Below, in pieces: positions 58,766-64,000 of a DNA stretch of 64,000 nt. The notes beneath the pieces are model-generated. The model made no database searches and was not told the origin of the DNA. It saw nothing but the letters and a program-made list of their open reading frames with translations. The stretch is from Rebecca billardiae RCC1528 (lineage: Eukaryota > Protista > Haptophyta): NCBI GenBank assembly GCA_965240325.2, contig OZ251225.1, positions 1,302,001 through 1,366,000 of the forward strand. Direction: 5' to 3'. Each line of letters opens with the position of its first letter. Within the stretch, counting starts at the first letter, position 1. The position numbers and the translations under genes were made by a program.

Positions 58766-59821
58766 TCACGGAATTACGCCGCCAATGTCGTCATCGGATT
58801 CGCCCCCTTCCACTTCTCGGACCAGCAGGCGCGTCTGCTCGGTCGCAGCCTTCGAGTCGGCTGGCAGCGTGGACACGTTTGCGCGTAGCTCGCTCGATGA
58901 GCTGTCGCTGGTGGGCAATGTGACGGCGATGCCCATGTAGATGTAGGTGGTCACGACGACGATGAACACCGCGAGCACGGAGTGCAGGTTCATCTCCAGG
59001 TCGAACCACACGGCTGAGATGCACACGAGCACGGCCATCACCGACGAGTTTGCAAAGTTCTTCACGATCGCGTCGGCGTGCTTGTACACAAACGAGACAG
59101 CCAGCCCGTGCAGGGCCTGGAAGAGCACCAGCGCCCACGCAAGCGGGCCGTAGCCCTCGAAGAAGCCCTTGTCCGACTTGGCCGGCCCCACGAAATAGCA
59201 GCCGATGCTCGTGAGCAGGCCGAACGTGTACAGCAGCGTGTTCTGCAGGTTGAGCGGCACCTCAAACCCCTTGATCACCAGCTGGTTCCACACGCTCGAG
59301 GACGCGGTGATGAAGGTCGCCAGCGAGAGCAGCACGTAGGCGATCGCCTCGTGCATCGGCAGCCCCGACGTGACGTCGTACTGGATGATCGCGATCGAGC
59401 AGCACTGTATCATGATGCAGCACCACTGCAGCTTGTTGAGGCGCTGGCCTGTCAGCCGGAGCATGATAGCGCACAAGTACGGCGCGATCGACTTGAAGAG
59501 GGAGAGCGTTCCAGGGTCAGCTCTCTCGAGGACAAAAAACGTGAGGATATTGTTCGTCGTGTACATCGATGCCAGTCCAAAGTAGTGCAGGACGATCGGG
59601 ACTGACAGGTTCTGAAACCAGTCTGTGCCAGCAGCTCGTGCCTCCCATGTGCGCGACGCTGCTGCAAGGGAGAGCTTGAGCAGCTCTGTCAACGCGACCG
59701 ACGAGGCGGGCGAAAATTTGTACGCGCCCTTCGTCTGCGCAAGCTTGAAGAGCAATATCGCCGCCGACTGCACCGTCACCAGCGTGAAGAACGCGACCAA
59801 TTGGATGCCCACCCCGCCCAT
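58766..59821 (-). CDS. Nucleotide-sugar transporter (SLC35A; CMP-sialic acid/UDP-galactose-like)
   Basis: TELLKL, YTTNNIL, LNKLQW, QNTLLYTFG, GFFEGY, GLAVSFVYKHADAIVKNFA; ~10 TM; single exon. Confidence 0.9.
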   Translation of the reverse strand: MGGVGIQLVAFFTLVTVQSAAILLFKLAQTKGAYKFSPASSVALTELLKLSLAAASRTWEARAAGTDWFQNLSVPIVLHYFGLASMYTTNNILTFFVLERADPGTLSLFKSIAPYLCAIMLRLTGQRLNKLQWCCIMIQCCSIAIIQYDVTSGLPMHEAIAYVLLSLATFITASSSVWNQLVIKGFEVPLNLQNTLLYTFGLLTSIGCYFVGPAKSDKGFFEGYGPLAWALVLFQALHGLAVSFVYKHADAIVKNFANSSVMAVLVCISAVWFDLEMNLHSVLAVFIVVVTTYIYMGIAVTLPTSDSSSSELRANVSTLPADSKAATEQTRLLVREVEGGESDDDIGGVIP

Positions 59822-59937
59822 GGCGGCGGGCACGGCCAAGCCCGGCGAAAACGAAAGACGGGCGGCCGCGTGCGCAGGAATTGTTTTTTTCTAGATGCGG
59901 CTGGATTTCCGATGTTCCATTTTCCGGTGCTGCTCGG

Positions 59938-62198
59938 ATAAGGCTATTTCAGAACCGTTACGGCTTCTATTTGTCCGGAGTCTGAATACGGGAATTGGAG
60001 TGGCGCGCGAGGAGCTCAGAAGGTACACTGGGCCCCGGCCAGGCAGCGGCTGGGCGATGGCAACGTGCGTCGTGGGAGGGGCACGTTCGCGGTGCTGTGC
60101 GGCCGGGTGCGCGTGGGTGGAGAAGGCGAGGCTCGCGTACGTGCAGGAGCCGCAGCTTTAGGGCCTCAGGTCGCTCCAGCACGGCTGCGGCGTCGGCTTG
60201 CCCCCGCCCGCGCCTACCGTGGGCTACGAGCGTTGGCTCTTCTGCGACGAGCACGACCCTGCTGCTCTAGCGCTGATCGGCGACGTCGTCGTGGTTGAGA
60301 GCCTCTTCGGTAGTCCCAGTCCGCGTCGTCACGGCGATCTGAGGTGTGGAGCTACGTGCGAAGCTGCACGTGCAACGCACTCTGCTCTCGCGCGCGCGCG
60401 CACAGTCGACAACACGACATCTGCTTCTGGCGCAGCCTGTCATAACAGCGGCTTCGGCGCGCCCTCGCAGGCGCGCGCGGTTAATCCCTGTCGTGCGCGC
60501 ACACGGCCAACGCGTGCGTGCGGCTGCGCGTTCGCGCATGCCGTCGAGCATCAAGGCGTCTTGCGTGCACCGCTGGTCCGCCCGTCCCTGGTCGAGAGCC
60601 AAGTGTACGGTAGCAGTTACGATGCTGCTGCTCTCGCGGAGTCGGGGCAGGAGCGGCTGGCCACTTCTTCGACTGGCAGGCACGCGGTTACCAAGCCGCA
60701 CAATCGGACGGGGAGCACGGTGAAGATTTATGTGATACTCTCGCCACCCGGTGGAGGATACGGCGGAGGCACTCTCTCCTTGGGCAGTACGCTCAAGCGT
60801 CCGTCGGCCTGTGACCGTCAGGGCAAGCTGCTGGCCGCGCTGGCGCACAGGATGGGCGACATGACAAAGGGCATGAGGCACATGCTAATGCCCGGGAACC
60901 ACGCCGCGCTCCGCGCCGCGCTGCCCGCCAGTGCCCAAGCTGCACCGACTACGCGCCGAGTGGCACGCGGTGCGCGGCTAGGAGACGGACGCGGACGCGG
61001 CGTTTGGCGACAAGTGTACGCAGCCACGCCGCAGACGGTGGCAGGTACGCGCGGCGCTTCGACGTGGACAGGCAGCGGCTGCTGCGCGAGGGCCAGCCCC
61101 ACGCAGCCGCTGGCCACTTCATCGCCATGGCCGTGTGGCCCGTATGCATCGACCTATTGGTGGCGGCGCCGGGTGAGTACGCCGAGCAGCGCGACACAGC
61201 GCTCGCGGCGCTGCATGAGCTCGTGGCGAAGTGCAGCTAGAGCTCGGCAGCGCGGCTGAACGCGCGACACGCGGCCTCTGGATGAGCTATTTACTGCGCG
61301 CCGGCCGCTGGCCGACCGGAGTGGACCGCCGAAGCCAGCACGAAGCTGGCCAAGCTGCGGCCGTGCCGCTGACAAGTAGCCCAGGTTCAGGCGCCGGGCC
61401 CGATCTGGGTCTGGCGCCTCTGACTGCAACTCAGGGGCACATCATCCGAGGTGCCCAGGTCGATCTCGCGCTGCCGACCGCATCAATGACACTGCTAGAG
61501 CGCTAGTACAGACGTATACTGACTACTCGGCTGCCACAGACGCCCGCGGACGGGCGGACCAGCGGTGCACGCAAGACGCCTTGATGCTCGACGGCATGCG
61601 CGAACGCGCAGCCGCACGCACGCGTTGGCCGTGTGCGCGCACGACAGGGATTAACCGCGCGCGCCTGCGAGGGCGCGCCGAAGCCGCTGTTATGACAGGC
61701 TGCGCCAGAAGCAGATGTCGTGTTGTCGACTGTGCGCGCGCGCGCGAGAGCAGAGTGCGTTGCACGTGCAGCTTCGCACGTAGCTCGCAAACCTCAGATC
61801 GCCGTGACGACGCGGACCGGGACTACCGAAGAGGCTCTCAACCACGACGACGTCGCCGATCAGCGCTAGAGCAGCAGGGTCGTGCTCGTCGCAGAAGAGC
61901 CAACGCTCGTAGCCCACGGTAGGCGCGGGCGGGGGCAAGCCGACGCCGCAGCCGTGCTGGAGCGACCTGAGGCCCTAAAGCTGCGGCTCCTGCACGTACG
62001 CGAGCCTCGCCTTCTCCACCCACGCGCACCCGGCCGCACAGCACCGCGAACGTGCCCCTCCCACGACGCACGTTGCCATCGCCCAGCCGCTGCCTGGCCG
62101 GGGCCCAGTGTACCTTCTGAGCTCCTCGCGCGCCACTCCAATTCCCGTATTCAGACTCCGGACAAATAGAAGCCGTAACGGTTCTGAAATAGCCTTAT
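59938..62198. repeat. Long inverted repeat: arms 59938-60587 and 61548-62198, 960-bp spacer
   Basis: Arms are reverse complements. The differences I found cluster at ~60319-60350 / 61787-61820 (a few substitutions and a 1-bp indel). Confidence 0.97.
60057..61506 (+). pseudogene. Degenerate gene with 2OG-Fe(II) oxygenase-like segment
   Basis: ATG 60057, in-frame TAG at 60159-60161, and the same frame continues. PHNRTGSTVKIYVILSPPGGGYGGGTLSL...GKLL...AHRMGDMTKGMRHML resembles HxD...GG.L...H...T.G.R but lacks the Asp. Frameshifts follow downstream. Confidence 0.45.
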
Positions 62199-62668
62199 AT
62201 CGATCGCGATGCTTATTTGCTTGCCCGTGCGGCCTCCGTCAGTCCGTGCCCCAACACCGTCGCGGCGATGCGCGCTGCCGGCGCAGTCTCAGTGATGTCT
62301 GTACTTGCTTGCTTGGCAGGCGCTATGCAGAGCTTGAATATTCGGATGGCGGCCGACCTGCGCGCTGCTCTCGCAGCTCAAGCTGCCCGGGGCCGGGCCC
62401 GGCCCCGAGGTGGCGAGGCCGAGCAGGCAGCGCTGCCTAATAAGGCCCTAAGCCGGAGGCAAGACTCCAAGAGCCTGGGCGTCACCGGCAGCCTGAGGCC
62501 CTGAGGAGGAGTCCCGGCGGCGGCGGGCCTTCGGCGTCGGCCGTGCCGCGGGCCCTCAGCTCGCGCTGTTCGCCGACGTCGCCCGGCAGCGCGGCTCCTT
62601 CTCATCACCGCCCGGCATCACGATCAGCCTCCTCGGCAGACTGCCCGTCCGTGAGAGCGCACCGCGGA

Positions 62669-64000
62669 TCATCCTCTTCCGTTGTCTGGACCCGTGCCCG
62701 GAAGAATGGGCATCTCTGGCAGGTTGGGCATGCTGCGGGCACCGTAGCCTGGCAGCAGGCGCAGCCGCTGCTGCAGCGGGTCGACGTCCATGGGCATCAT
62801 GCTCAGCGCAGGTGTGATCCCTGCGCGCACGGGTGGGGCGGGGAGTCCGGCAGCCGCGTCAGCCGGCGGGCACCTTGCGCATGCCGCCACGCCGGGTCGC
62901 GCTCGCGCGCCGCACCAAGCATGCATTTGTTGATCTCATCCGACGGCAGCGGGTGAGAGCCGCCCATCTGCCCGACGGCTGCCGCGCCACAGGCGCACCC
63001 ATAGATCAGTCCGAGCCGCACATCGCCCGCCTGGCACCAGCCGTAGAGGAAACCCGCCGCAAAGGCGTCGCCAGCGCCCGTGGTGTCGACCACCTGTCGC
63101 GCCTTGGCAGGCTGCTCCCATCGCTCGGTGCGCGACGCGGCGATCGCTCCCTCCTTGCCGCGCGTCACGACGATGAGCGGGCAGTTCTTGTCGAGCAGCT
63201 TCGTGATCGCCTCGTCCACCTGATGCTTGCCCACGTGCGTCATCATCATCGCCTCCTCCTCGCTGCAGATGAGCACGTCCACGAGGTGGAGCATGTCCTG
63301 CGCGGGGCGGCGCGCGCGCCGCAGGGGATAGGCATGAGGCGGCGAGCGCGGCGGTCTGCGCGGCAGCCGGCAGGCGATGGCATGGCGGGCGGCGCGCGGC
63401 TGCGCACCTGCAGGTCGGTCTTCCATTCGCCCGACTGGTCGGATTGCGGGACGAGGGAGATCGTGGCGCCGTGTGCCCTGGCCTCGGCCATCAGCGCGGG
63501 CATCGACGCCTGCAGCCCGGTGCAGTCGTAGTAGGCAGCAAAGTGCACGTGCCCTGTCCTTCGGGACATGAGCTCGGCCTTGTTCAGGTCGCGCTCGCAT
63601 AGCCGCTCGACGGTGCCGCGATACGAGACGAAGGCGCGGTCGGACGAGCCCGAGAGGCAGATGCACACGCCCTGCCCGCCGATCGAGGGCGCAGAGAGGA
63701 TGACGCCCGTCTGCTTGATGCGCTCGGAGACCAGGCGGCCGTACACGTCATCTCCGACGAGCGAGTGCAGGACGCACTTGTCGAAGCGCAGGCGGCGGAC
63801 GGTGAGCTCTCGTCTGCGCGTGGAGATGAGTGACGCGAGCTGCACTGCCGTGTTGAGCGCCGAGCCGCCAGGGTGCGTCTCGATCGGCATCTCGATGAGC
63901 GTGTCGCCGTCCCACTTGGGGAGCGAGCTCACTTTTGCAATCATGTCCAAGTACACGTCGCCCACAATGTGTATCGACTTGAAGGGCACGTCAAGCGGCT
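62669..64000 (-). CDS. pfkB/ribokinase-family carbohydrate kinase, 5' partial; complement(join(62669..62820,62916..63297,63408..>64000))
   Basis: VGDVYLD, PGGSALNTA, VGDDVYG, VVTRGKEGA and the signature VVDTTGAGDAFAAGF. Confidence 0.92.

Noticed and set aside
60159-60161. In-frame TAG as programmed readthrough or alternative genetic code
   Set aside because: Conserved genes in the window translate without internal stops, TAG serves as a normal stop (e.g. 22935), and the same locus has frameshifts. Pseudogenisation is simpler.
1-64000. tRNA, rRNA, snRNA genes and telomeric repeats
   Set aside because: None recognisable by eye. A tRNAscan-SE or Infernal run is needed to exclude them.

Overview
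Eukaryotic nuclear DNA, very GC-rich and gene-dense, with short GC-rich GT-AG introns. Composition, intron style and gene content suggest a haptophyte-type alga (e.g. Pavlovales); this is inference only. About 17 host genes can be reconstructed. They include a 3,332-aa single-exon polycystin-1/REJ-like surface protein, a TPR/MYND protein, a POFUT2-like glycosyltransferase with a MAR-like N-terminal domain, MCM5, an MFS transporter, a GT61-like enzyme, a carotenoid-desaturase-like flavoprotein, an F-type-lectin membrane protein, a PP2A B'' subunit, an LRR-IQ-PH protein, a zf-4CXXC_R1/SAP protein, Ku70, an EF-hand protein, an SLC35A transporter and a pfkB kinase. Three accessory zones carry structure the ORF track does not show. 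(1) 896-9333 holds two adjacent ~4-kb elements in TA-rich sites: one with Helitron2/Helentron-like asymmetric inverted repeats and hairpins, one with 55-bp TIRs. Both carry frameshifted ORFs with no recognisable transposase. (2) ~23.1-28.4 kb is a decayed region containing a diverged inverted copy of a ~400-bp non-coding block from the TIR element and a hairpin-rich AT island. (3) 59938-62198 is a near-perfect 650-bp inverted duplication around a degenerate 2OG-Fe(II) oxygenase-like gene. Most long ORFs in the supplied track are GC-driven shadow frames. All exon boundaries and alignments were made by eye.
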